Part shown: positions 28,090 to 36,755 of the stretch, in pieces | Position numbering within the stretch: the stretch's first letter is position 1 | Layout of the letters: each line of letters starts with the position of its first letter | Origin: Candidatus Sericytochromatia bacterium | Lineage (GTDB): Bacteria; Cyanobacteriota; Sericytochromatia; S15B-MN24; VGJW01 | Reading direction: 5' to 3' | Assembly: GCA_035285865.1 (NCBI GenBank) | Contig: JAYKHS010000028.1 | Coordinates: 44,044-108,043 of the forward strand | Length of the DNA stretch: 64,000 nt | Notes under the pieces: model-generated | Databases searched by the model: none | Seen by the model: only the letters and a program-made list of their open reading frames with translations | Told to the model about the DNA's origin: nothing | Made by a program: the position numbers and the translations under genes

Positions 28090-28356
28090 TCAGCGGGGTT
28101 CGATCAAAAACTTGATGGCTGTGCGCTCCTCGCCTTCGATGGTGATGTCGATGAAGCCGGGGATGCACACCAGATCCATGCCCGCCGGGGCCACGTAACC
28201 TCGGGCGATGGCGATGGCCTTTACCGCTTGGTTGATGGCTCCGGCACCGATGGCCTGCATCTCGGCGCGCCCCTTTTCACGCAGGGCACCGGCCAATGCG
28301 CCGGCGACGGAGGAAGGGTTCGACTTCGCCGAGACCTTGAAGACGTTGGCGTCCAC
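28090..28356 (-). CDS. spoVS: SpoVS-family protein
   Basis: 88 aa from a GTG start. FKVSAKSNPSSVAGALAGALRE ... AINQAVKAIAIARGYVAPAGMDLVCIPGFIDITIEGEERTAIKFLIE aligns along its whole length with B. subtilis SpoVS. Confidence 0.75.
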   Translation of the reverse strand: MDANVFKVSAKSNPSSVAGALAGALREKGRAEMQAIGAGAINQAVKAIAIARGYVAPAGMDLVCIPGFIDITIEGEERTAIKFLIEPR

Positions 28357-28382
28357 CGTGGGGTCCTGTTCGTGCGGTGTGT

Positions 28383-29174
28383 TCAGCGATGTTGGATGCG
28401 TTCGATCCGGAGCGTCCTGCCGGACGACGGATCCATCTGGAGCCAGGCGGCACAGAAGACGGTCGGCCCGTCGGCCACCTCGAACCTGACGGGAAGTTGT
28501 TCGCGCATCCGCCGTAGCGACTGCTCGGGTTTCATGCCCACCACGGAGTCCCATGGACCGGTCATGCCGACATCTCCCATGTACCCGGTTCCCGAGGGAA
28601 AGATACGCTCGTCCGCCGTCTGGACATGCGTGTGGCTGCCGGTCACCGCAGCGACACGTCCATCCATGTGGCGGGCCAGTGCCTGCTTCTCGGCCGTCGC
28701 CTCGGCGTGGACATCCACGAGGATCAGGTCCGCCTCGGCTTCATCGAGGGCGGCAATTTCGGCATCCGCCGCGCGGAACGGACAGTCGGACAGGCCCATG
28801 AACGCACGGCCCTGCAGCTGGAAAAGACCGATGCCGTGGCCTCGCACCATGTGGATGAGTCGGGATTTGCCGGGCGTGCCGGGCGGATAGTTGGCCGGTC
28901 GGACGATGTCGTCGCAGTGGTCGATGAACTCGAAGATTTCCTTCTTGTCCCACGCATGGTTGCCGAGGGTAATCAGGTCGACACCGGCATCCTTCAGTGC
29001 GTGGTAGCTGCGCATTGACAGGCCGAAGCCCCGATCCGCGTTTTCACCGTTTGCGATGACCAGATCCACGGGCCGTTCGCCGCGGACTCGGCGGATGCCC
29101 TCCGCGGCCGCCGCAATCCCGGGGCTGCCCACGACATCCCCGAGCACGAGGATGCCGAGGGTCTCAGCGGGCAT
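28383..29174 (-). CDS. ymdB: YmdB-family metallophosphoesterase (2',3'-cyclic nucleotide phosphodiesterase-like)
   Basis: ILVLGDVVGSPG, IANGENA, and GNHAWDKKE metal-binding motifs of the YmdB/TIGR00282 family. Lies downstream of rny, as in Bacillus. Confidence 0.8.
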   Translation of the reverse strand: MPAETLGILVLGDVVGSPGIAAAAEGIRRVRGERPVDLVIANGENADRGFGLSMRSYHALKDAGVDLITLGNHAWDKKEIFEFIDHCDDIVRPANYPPGTPGKSRLIHMVRGHGIGLFQLQGRAFMGLSDCPFRAADAEIAALDEAEADLILVDVHAEATAEKQALARHMDGRVAAVTGSHTHVQTADERIFPSGTGYMGDVGMTGPWDSVVGMKPEQSLRRMREQLPVRFEVADGPTVFCAAWLQMDPSSGRTLRIERIQHR

Positions 29175-30711
29175 GCTCGGTGCTCCGCGTTTCCCGGATC
29201 ACGATGACCTTGATCTGGCCGGGGTACTGGAGCTCGTCCTCGATGCGTCGTGCGATGTCACGAGCCAGCCGGGCGGCCATCAGATCGTCGACATGCTCGG
29301 GAGCCACCACGACACGGATCTCGCGTCCCGCCTGGACTGCGAAGACCTTCTCCACGCCCTCGAAGGATCTGGCGATGGTCTCGAGGCCTTCCATCCGCTT
29401 TATGTAAATATCTACGTTCTCTCGACGGGCACCCGGTCGTGCAGCTGAGACGGCGTCGGCGACCTGGACGAGGACGGCTTCGGCGGACTGGGGTTCCACG
29501 TCGTGATGGTGGGCGCGGATGGCGTGTACGACGGCATCCGACTCGCCATGCCGGGCGGCAAGGTCGGCACCGATGACCGCGTGGGCCCCTTCCTGCTCGT
29601 GCGAGACGGCTTTGCCCAGATCGTGAAAGAGTGCGGCGCGCTTGGTCGTCTCGACATCGGCTCCGACCTCCGCCGCCAGTGCTGCTGCCACGTGGGCCAC
29701 CTCCCGGGCGTGGGCCAGGACGTTCTGGCCATAGCTCGTGCGGTACCGGAGGCGGCCAAGGGTGCGGACGATCTCGGGGTGAACGCCCACGATGCCCAGG
29801 TCAATCAGGGCTTTTTCCCCTTCGGTCCGCAGGCCGTCCTCGACTTCCTCGCGGGCCTTGGCCACCTGCTCCTCGATGCGGCTGGGATGGAAGCGGCCGT
29901 CGGCAATCATGCGCTCGAGGGCGACACGGGCAATCTCGCGCCGGACCGGGTCGAAGGATGACAGCACGATGGCTTCGGGCGTGTCGTCGATGATGAGGTC
30001 GATGCCCGTGGCGTTCTCGATGGCACGGATGTTGCGGCCCTCGCGACCGATGATTCTGCCCTTGGTTTCTTCCGAGGGAAGGGGGACGACCGAGACCGTT
30101 CGTTCTATGCAGTGGTCGACCGCCGTGCGCTGGATGGCCGTGGTGACGATGTCCCGGGCCTTCAGGGCGACCTGATCGCGCAATTCCTGCTCGGCACGGG
30201 CCAGGCGCTCGCTGCGTTCGCGCTGCAGACTCTCCTCGAGCCGGGCAAGCAACTGCTGGCGGGCGACGTCACGGGACAGGCCGGCGACTTCGGCAAGCTT
30301 CTCTTCATGCTCCCGGCGCACCGTGTCCAGACTGGCAGCCCGGTCGTCGAGGTCTCGCTGGTTGCGCTCGAGCTTCGCCTTCTCTTCACGGAGGGCCTGC
30401 CAGTCGCGATTGAGTATCTCGCGATCGGCCTGAGTGGCCCTCTCGGCCTCGTTCCGGGCCTCAAGCCGTGCTTGGGCTCGGGCGGCTTCGATGGCTGCCT
30501 CCTGTGTCTGGGCGAAGGCCTCGTGATCCCGCCGGGCAATCAGTTGCCTACTTTCGGCATCGCGTTCGGCGAGCGCCAGCCGGGTGCGGGCCTCGGAAAC
30601 GCGCATCTGGCCCCACAGGATGGCCAGCGCGGCCCCGATCGAGGAAGCCACGGACACGATGATGGGCAGGGACGTGGACACGGATGCGGGACCTTCGAGG
30701 CTGGAGCGCAA
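29164..30711 (-). CDS. rny: ribonuclease Y
   Basis: N-terminal TM helix. Long coiled-coil region. KH domain (VSVVPLPSEETKGRIIGREGRNIRAIE). HD domain (...YGQNVLAHAREVAHVAAALA...FHDLGKA). Confidence 0.9.
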   Translation of the reverse strand: MRSSLEGPASVSTSLPIIVSVASSIGAALAILWGQMRVSEARTRLALAERDAESRQLIARRDHEAFAQTQEAAIEAARAQARLEARNEAERATQADREILNRDWQALREEKAKLERNQRDLDDRAASLDTVRREHEEKLAEVAGLSRDVARQQLLARLEESLQRERSERLARAEQELRDQVALKARDIVTTAIQRTAVDHCIERTVSVVPLPSEETKGRIIGREGRNIRAIENATGIDLIIDDTPEAIVLSSFDPVRREIARVALERMIADGRFHPSRIEEQVAKAREEVEDGLRTEGEKALIDLGIVGVHPEIVRTLGRLRYRTSYGQNVLAHAREVAHVAAALAAEVGADVETTKRAALFHDLGKAVSHEQEGAHAVIGADLAARHGESDAVVHAIRAHHHDVEPQSAEAVLVQVADAVSAARPGARRENVDIYIKRMEGLETIARSFEGVEKVFAVQAGREIRVVVAPEHVDDLMAARLARDIARRIEDELQYPGQIKVIVIRETRSTEHAR

Positions 30712-30944
30712 CGCGGGCTTGCCGACTGGTCATGATAGCACGCACTCCCTGTCCGATCCGGCCGTGCGGTCCGATCGGGCAGCGGGGCACGATGGCCCCA
30801 TGATCGAGGCCGAGGTGCACCGGAACGACGAACTGCTGATGCGCCGGACCTTTGCCGACGGGGCGCTCTCGCTCGAGGCCGTGCTGCGTCGGCTCGAGTT
30901 CTACGTTGTCGGCGAGCAGCTCAATGCCAGCGGCGAGTGCCTGC

Positions 30945-31958
30945 TCAGGGTCCGGTTCGGCGACGGGGGAGCGCCGGATCGACCGCAAGGAAGTGATCCC
31001 ACCCCCGGCTCGTGAGTCGCCTGCGGCTGCCCTCGGTCACCAGCCACGCTCCCTGTCCCGCCGTGACGGAGCCCAGCTCGCGCCAGCCCGGGGGCAGCGC
31101 GGCTTCAGGGGGGACGCAGGCGACAAGCCCGTAATCCTCGCCGCCGGCAAGCTGCCACTGCCGAACGTCGGCTTCCGCGGCAACGGCCAATGCTTCCAGT
31201 GTGTCGTCTCCGGCCAGCTGTGCGTCCCGGATCTCGATGGCGACTCCTGAGGCCTCGGCGAGGGTTGCGGCAGAGGTGGCGAGGCCGTCCGAGTCGTCCA
31301 TCAGGGCGAGACGCTCCATTTCGTACCAGGCGTCTGGCCAGGATGCCGGCTCAGGCCTGCGCTGGGCCTGCTCGGCACGGATGCGCACGGGCTCGGGGAT
31401 GGCGGCCTCGGGATGCCGGAGGCACCACAGCCCCGCCGCGGCCCAGCCGAAGGGTCCGGACGCCACCAGTCGATCGCCGGGCCGCGCCGATCCACGGAGT
31501 ACAGGGCGTAGCGTGGCACCCACGACCGTGACCGAGAGGCTGATGGGGCCTCGGCTGCCCGTGGTGTCACCTCCGACGACCGGCACGCCGAAGTGTCGGC
31601 ATGCGTCGGCGAGTCCTGAGGCGAAGGCTTCCAGCCAGCTGGTCTCGAGATCGCCGGGAAGGGCCAGTCCAAGCACGCTCCAGAGTGGGTGCCCCCCCAT
31701 GGCCCGGATATCCGAGACGTTCACGGCCAGTGCTTTCCAGGCGAGGTCTTCCGGGCTGAATGTGGCCCGCGTGAAGTGGATGTCTTCCACGAGCAAGTCG
31801 ACCGTGGTCAGCAGGGACGTGTCTGAGGGTATGCGCGTCACGGCCGCGTCATCTCCGATGCCGATCCAGGAAGCGGGCAGGCCGGTCCCGTCGAGATGTC
31901 GGGAAAGCACGTCGAGAATGCCGGCCTCCTTGATGGCGGCAAGGGTGGTTTTCTTCAT
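30945..31958 (-). CDS. thiL: thiamine-monophosphate kinase
   Basis: AIR-synthase-related fold signatures (GIGDDAAV, DLLVEDIHF, VVGGDTTGS). Start at MKKTTLAAIKEAG. Confidence 0.8.
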   Translation of the reverse strand: MKKTTLAAIKEAGILDVLSRHLDGTGLPASWIGIGDDAAVTRIPSDTSLLTTVDLLVEDIHFTRATFSPEDLAWKALAVNVSDIRAMGGHPLWSVLGLALPGDLETSWLEAFASGLADACRHFGVPVVGGDTTGSRGPISLSVTVVGATLRPVLRGSARPGDRLVASGPFGWAAAGLWCLRHPEAAIPEPVRIRAEQAQRRPEPASWPDAWYEMERLALMDDSDGLATSAATLAEASGVAIEIRDAQLAGDDTLEALAVAAEADVRQWQLAGGEDYGLVACVPPEAALPPGWRELGSVTAGQGAWLVTEGSRRRLTSRGWDHFLAVDPALPRRRTGP

Positions 31959-32089
31959 CTCTTCTTGACTCGGCTTTGGGCAAGTCTTGGGGTGATTCTC
32001 CAGATAATGAAGGCAGGACCCCAGACGTGACGATCTCCTCCGAAGCCTACCCCACTCCCGGCCAGTGCCGCACGGGGGAGACGGACCGC

Positions 32090-33139
32090 GTGCGTCGTGC
32101 ATGTGGGGGCCCCTTGCTCGCCGCGATCGTGGCGCTGGCCACCACGGCTTGCGGTGTCACCGGAACCGGCATCCGCGATCTGGACCGTCCTGCCGCGGCC
32201 GCCCCCGATTTGCTGCCTGCGTTCGGTGGACAGGCCCAGCTCCTTCAGGGGGCTCCGGGTGGCGAGGCCTCCTGGCTTCGTCTCCAGGACGGCGCGCATC
32301 TGGTTGTCGTGGCCTCCGATCGACCCGGCGATCGGCATCTCTTCTTCGCGACCAGTGCCGACGGCCGCAACTGGTCGGCTTTCGTGCCGTTCACGACGGG
32401 CGCGCTGACGGACGTCGAGCCGGTGCTCTTCGCCTCTGCCCGCGGTGTCGAGTGCGTGTTTGCCTCCAATCGATGGCTTGCGCAGTACGCCCTCTACCGC
32501 ACGACTTTCCGCGACGGGCGCTGGTCTGAGCCGGTTCGCCTCGAACTGGGGGCTGGTCCGCACCGTGCGCCGGCCGTCGTTCGCTCCGGGGACCGTTGGC
32601 TGCTTGCCTGGCAGGGACCCGATGGCGTGCGGGTGGCGTCCTCCGCGGACGGTCAGGCTTTCGGTCAGGGACGACTGGTTTTGGCGCAGCATGGTGATCC
32701 GACGGTGGCCGCGGTCGGTCAGCGGGTCGTCCTCGTGGCGCACCAGCGCAAGGCGCTGACGGCAAGCGTGCTCGACGGCGAGACATGGTCCGTGCCGGCA
32801 CGGGTGCCCCTCGCGGCTCCGGCCTGGTCCCCGGCATTGGCCTCCGTGGCGACCGGAAGCGTGGCGCTGGCTTATGCGACCGCCCCCTCGGATCAGGCAC
32901 CGGCTGCCCTGGGCCTTGCCCGCTGGGCAGATGCGCGCTGGACCGACATGGGCCGTGCGCTGTCCACGTCTGCCGAACTGGCCGCACCGGCATGGTGTGC
33001 CGGTCCCCAAGCACCCTTGTCGCTTCTGCTGGGTATGGACCTTTCAGGTCTCCAGCAGGGTCTCGCCCGTGTCACGTGGTCCTCCTTCCCGGAGGACGCC
33101 TCTGCCTCGTCGCCCGCCGGAGGTCCCGTCAACCCATGA
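32090..33139 (+). CDS. lipoprotein, unknown function
   Basis: GTG start gives MRRACGGPLLAAIVALATTACG lipoprotein signal. The stop overlaps the start of the next gene (ATGA). Confidence 0.5.
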   Translation: MRRACGGPLLAAIVALATTACGVTGTGIRDLDRPAAAAPDLLPAFGGQAQLLQGAPGGEASWLRLQDGAHLVVVASDRPGDRHLFFATSADGRNWSAFVPFTTGALTDVEPVLFASARGVECVFASNRWLAQYALYRTTFRDGRWSEPVRLELGAGPHRAPAVVRSGDRWLLAWQGPDGVRVASSADGQAFGQGRLVLAQHGDPTVAAVGQRVVLVAHQRKALTASVLDGETWSVPARVPLAAPAWSPALASVATGSVALAYATAPSDQAPAALGLARWADARWTDMGRALSTSAELAAPAWCAGPQAPLSLLLGMDLSGLQQGLARVTWSSFPEDASASSPAGGPVNP

Positions 33140-34458
33140 GTGCATCCATGACTGCCGATCGCCGCCTGCTGGGCGAAGTGCTCGTCTCCGGCCAGTTCAT
33201 CACGGCCGAGGACCTCAATCGGGCCTTGTCCGAGCAGCGGGCCACCAACGAGCGCTTGGGCGAGGTGCTGGTCCGTCTCGGCATCCTGTCCGAAATGGAG
33301 TTGCATGCGGTCCTCGCCTATCAGGGCGTAGGTGACATGACGCCAGCGGAGCAGGGCGCCGCGGTCCGCTACAAGTTGGGTGAGCTCCTGCTCAAGGCGC
33401 GTCGCGTCAGCAAGCCCCAGCTGGAGCTTGCGCTCGCCGAGCAGGAGCGTACCAACGAACGCCTCGGCGAGGTGCTGCTGCGACTCGGTCTGATCTCCGG
33501 CTCCGAACTCGAAGCCGTGTTGACGTGGCAGGATGATCATTCCCGTCAGGGGGCCAAGGCCGTTCGCTTCGTGCTGGGCGAGGTGCTGGTCGCCTCGAAG
33601 GTCATCACCCGCGATCAGCTCGAGCAGGCCTTGGCCGAGCAGCAGCTCTCGCGTCGCCAGATCGGGGAAATCCTCGTCGAGGCGGGTTTCGTCAAGCAGA
33701 ACCAGATCCTCGAGGCCCTGCGCATTCAGGGCAAGCTGGTCGCAGCCTCGGTCATCGGCATCATCGGGGCCGCGGCACTGACGGGCTGCGGGACCGGAGC
33801 GAGCCTGACGGGCATGAGCGTGTCGGGACTGGCTGTCGATGCCAAGGGTAACCCCGTGGACAATGTCCGCGGGTCGCGCATTCCCTACAGCACGATGGTC
33901 CGGGATGTCCGGACCGTCGCCGGCATGCAGGCCACCCAGGACTTCGCCGATGGGTCCCGGACCGTCAAGGACGTGCCCTGGTTCCACCAGGCGGCCGTGA
34001 CGCGGGACGGTTCGCCGGACAACACCTGCGCTCAGGCCGCGATGTCCAGCGTGCTTCACTATTGGCAGGGCGACGCAGCACCCGCCTATCAGCAGGTGGT
34101 CAACGAATCGAACTACTTCAATCTCGCGACCAACCAAGGCACCATCACCGAGTACCTCAAGAAGAAGGGCCTCTCGGTCAAGGCTTACAAGAACGGGACG
34201 GTCAACTACCTGAAGAGTGCGGTGGACTCCGGAAAACCCGTCATCTGCATGTTGCAGTTCGAGGTGCCGCACTACATCGTCGTGGTGGGCTACAACGAAG
34301 CTCAGGGCACCATCATCTACCACGATTCGATCGACGGTCCCAATCAGACCCTGTCGGAGCGCAAGTTCCTCAAGCACTGGCACCAGACGTCCATGAAGGA
34401 CATGCCGCTGCTGGGCGGAGGCAACTACGTGGGGCTTGCCATCGAAGCCTCCCGCTGA
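33136..34458 (+). CDS. protein with six tandem T2SSE_N/MshEN-like repeats, a TM/lipobox-like segment and a C-terminal papain-like C39-type peptidase domain
   Basis: Six repeats of LGE(V/I)L(V/L)..G.I(S/T)..(Q/E)L..AL..Q. Hydrophobic segment ending LTGCG. C-terminal domain with candidate catalytic Cys (DNTCAQAAMSSVLHYW) and His (HYIVVVGYNEAQGTIIYHDS), as in C39-like peptidases. Confidence 0.65.
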   Translation: MSASMTADRRLLGEVLVSGQFITAEDLNRALSEQRATNERLGEVLVRLGILSEMELHAVLAYQGVGDMTPAEQGAAVRYKLGELLLKARRVSKPQLELALAEQERTNERLGEVLLRLGLISGSELEAVLTWQDDHSRQGAKAVRFVLGEVLVASKVITRDQLEQALAEQQLSRRQIGEILVEAGFVKQNQILEALRIQGKLVAASVIGIIGAAALTGCGTGASLTGMSVSGLAVDAKGNPVDNVRGSRIPYSTMVRDVRTVAGMQATQDFADGSRTVKDVPWFHQAAVTRDGSPDNTCAQAAMSSVLHYWQGDAAPAYQQVVNESNYFNLATNQGTITEYLKKKGLSVKAYKNGTVNYLKSAVDSGKPVICMLQFEVPHYIVVVGYNEAQGTIIYHDSIDGPNQTLSERKFLKHWHQTSMKDMPLLGGGNYVGLAIEASR

Positions 34459-34525
34459 CGGGATTCGGCGGCCTCTCCGCCCCCTTGACGGCAGGCCTGT
34501 CCAAGGGGGAACATGCCAATCCCCG

Positions 34526-34598
34526 GGGCGATTAGCTCAGTTGGTCAGAGCGCACGGTTCACATCCGTGAGGTCCACGGTTCAAGTCCGTGATCGCCC
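34526..34598 (+). tRNA. tRNA-Val (anticodon CAC)
   Basis: Acceptor GGGCGAT/ATCGCCC. D-arm GCTCAGTTGGTCAGAGC. Anticodon stem-loop CACGG-TTCACAT-CCGTG. T-arm CACGGTTCAAGTCCGTG. Discriminator A. Confidence 0.85.
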
Positions 34599-34605
34599 AC
34601 CTCCA

Positions 34606-34638
34606 AGGTCGTCGGTGACTATCCGACGACCTTTTGCT
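34606..34638 (+). terminator. rho-independent terminator after tRNA-Val
   Basis: GGTCGTCGG-tgactat-CCGACGACC hairpin followed by TTTTGCTT. Confidence 0.55.
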
Positions 34639-34727
34639 TCGGCAGGTCTCCGGTTTTTGGTCGAAGCTTCAGCGCATCTTTGTTTCTGCTTAAGAAACCG
34701 CCCTCTCCGGCTGCCGACAACTCTTGC

Positions 34728-35507
34728 ATGAATCCCTCCTTCCTTCGCCGTGTCCGCCGACTCCCGGCTGCGCTCGGGGCGGTCGTCGCCTTGATGGGCC
34801 TTGTCGGTTGCGGACGCCCTGCGACGACTTCCGCGGTGCCCCGCGGTCCGGTCGCGCCCATGCTGCAGCCGTCGCCCCAGCAGCCCGTGCCCGGCCAGGA
34901 CGGGGCCCGGATGGCGACCGAGATCCGCGGTCGGGTCGGCATGGCCTATCAGGGTGCCACGTCCATCCAAGCCAGCCTGAAGTCTTACATCCACAACGTT
35001 CAGACGGGCAAGACGGCCCGCTACGTGCTTGACAGCTGGTTCCAGAAGCCCGGTCGTTCCGCCTACAAGGTCCGTGAGTCGACCGAGGCCAGCACTATTG
35101 GCACCAAGATGATCGTCGACGGCAACGGACAGGTGCAGGTGCGCACCAAGTTCGCCGGCTTCTGGGTCAACACCACCCTGCCAGAAACCGACGAGCGGAC
35201 AAGGACCGCGCGCGGAGACGGGATGTCGGATACCGCCTTGCCGCGCATGATGCAGGTTTTGCTCGATCCGCAGGCCCAGGTACAGTTCCTTGGTCAGGCT
35301 CAGGTGGCCGGCCGTCAGGTCTCGATTCTGGAACTCCGCAGCGCGATGATGCTGCCGCGCGTCACACACGAGCGCTATGCCATCGACATGGCGACAGGCA
35401 TGCCCTACAGCCGCGAGTGCTACGAGGCCGGCAAGCTGACCTATCAGCTGACCATCGAACAGGTCCGCCTCAACCAGCCCGATCCGGCCGCCTTCCTGCT
35501 GCAATGA
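34728..35507 (+). CDS. lipoprotein, unknown function
   Basis: MNPSFLRRVRRLPAALGAVVALMGLVGCG lipoprotein signal. The stop overlaps the rsmG start (ATGA). Confidence 0.5.
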   Translation: MNPSFLRRVRRLPAALGAVVALMGLVGCGRPATTSAVPRGPVAPMLQPSPQQPVPGQDGARMATEIRGRVGMAYQGATSIQASLKSYIHNVQTGKTARYVLDSWFQKPGRSAYKVRESTEASTIGTKMIVDGNGQVQVRTKFAGFWVNTTLPETDERTRTARGDGMSDTALPRMMQVLLDPQAQVQFLGQAQVAGRQVSILELRSAMMLPRVTHERYAIDMATGMPYSRECYEAGKLTYQLTIEQVRLNQPDPAAFLLQ

Positions 35508-36253
35508 ACACGACGCCCGATCCGGGCGACCTTCCGTGGTCGGATAAGGACGATGCCTGGCTGGAGGCCTTGGGCATCTCGCACCTGCCCGATGTTTGCG
35601 GGGCACTCGGCCGTTACCGCATCTTGCTCGAGGAGGCAAATGCGCGCCTGAATCTGACTCGGGTAGAGGGTCCGGAGGATTTCCTGCGCAAGCATGCACT
35701 TGATGCCCTGGCCTTTCTCGCCGCGGTGCCGGCCGAATGGCGGGACCGCCCTTGCTCCGTGCTTGATGTCGGGACGGGGGGGGGGCTTCCGGGCATTCCG
35801 CTGTTGCTTGCCTGCCCCTCGTGGCAGGGTGTTCTGCTGGATGCCACGCGCAAGAAGGTCGAGGCCGTCCAATCCTTTCTGGACCCACTTGGCCTTTCGG
35901 ACAGGGCTCGGGCCTTGTGGGGTCGGGCCGAGGATCCTGCCTGCCTGCCGGGCATGTCGTTCGGATTGGTCGTGGCGCGTGCGGTCAAGGATCTTGCGCT
36001 GCTTGCCACCTGGTGTGCTCCGTATGTGGCGCCGGGAGGACGCCTGGTCGTCTCCAAGGGGCCTCGGGGTCCCGAGGAGCTTGCGGGTGCTCGGACTGCG
36101 CTGTCCAGGGTCGGTCTGCGCCTCGTCGAGAGCCGGGAAGTCGCGCTGCCCGGGGGTGCCGGAAGCCGCTGGCTGATGGCGTTCGAGCGGCCGCTCGCGC
36201 CGTCTTCCCGACGTCATGGCGTCGATAGGAAAACGCAAGACGAGGGTATGTAG
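35504..36253 (+). CDS. rsmG: 16S rRNA (guanine527-N7)-methyltransferase RsmG/GidB
   Basis: SAM-binding motif LDVGTGGGLPGIPLLLA and overall GidB-like layout (NLT..., VVARAV). Confidence 0.8.
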   Translation: MNTTPDPGDLPWSDKDDAWLEALGISHLPDVCGALGRYRILLEEANARLNLTRVEGPEDFLRKHALDALAFLAAVPAEWRDRPCSVLDVGTGGGLPGIPLLLACPSWQGVLLDATRKKVEAVQSFLDPLGLSDRARALWGRAEDPACLPGMSFGLVVARAVKDLALLATWCAPYVAPGGRLVVSKGPRGPEELAGARTALSRVGLRLVESREVALPGGAGSRWLMAFERPLAPSSRRHGVDRKTQDEGM

Positions 36254-36298
36254 GATGATGGCGGGAGCCTCGAGAGAGGCACCCGGACGAGGTCATCC

Positions 36299-36706
36299 AT
36301 GAAGAACTTCGCCGTGGTTCAAGACCACTTCCGGAAACTCCGCTGCGCGCATTGCAGCGAGTCTTTCCAGCCGGAGGGCGTTCACCTTCTCCGAGAAGAG
36401 CGTGACTACTGGGTCGTGAAGGTCCATTGCAACGCTTGCGACCAGCCTGCTGGCGTGGCCATCGTGGGCGTGGAATACGATAATCGCGAACCCGAGATGC
36501 CCCTCGCGGCGCGGCGACCGGCGGGGCTTCCCTTGCGCCCCTTGGCGCGTGCCAAGGCAGTCTTTACCGATGCGCGCGAGGAAGAGCGCTTTTCCCGGAT
36601 GGAGCCGATCACCGAGGATGAGGTCCTCGATGTCCATCGCTTCCTTAACGAACTCGGGTCCGACTGGTCGAGCCAGTTGCGGCGTGCAGGGCGCGGACGG
36701 TCCTGA
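36299..36706 (+). CDS. hypothetical small protein with two CxxC pairs (zinc-ribbon-like)
   Basis: CAHCSES ... CNACDQP. 135 aa. Reasonable composition. Confidence 0.4.
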   Translation: MKNFAVVQDHFRKLRCAHCSESFQPEGVHLLREERDYWVVKVHCNACDQPAGVAIVGVEYDNREPEMPLAARRPAGLPLRPLARAKAVFTDAREEERFSRMEPITEDEVLDVHRFLNELGSDWSSQLRRAGRGRS

Positions 36707-36755
36707 GTTCGGGTATCGGCTGGTCGTGGGGCGCCCCCGGGAAGCCGGTGCGCCC

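Noticed and set aside
30584-31015. 143-aa + strand ORF between rny and thiL
   Set aside because: It overlaps the 3' end of thiL on the opposite strand and lies in the expected rny promoter region. The C-terminal 70 aa look protein-like, but there is no family match and no RBS. Left uncalled.
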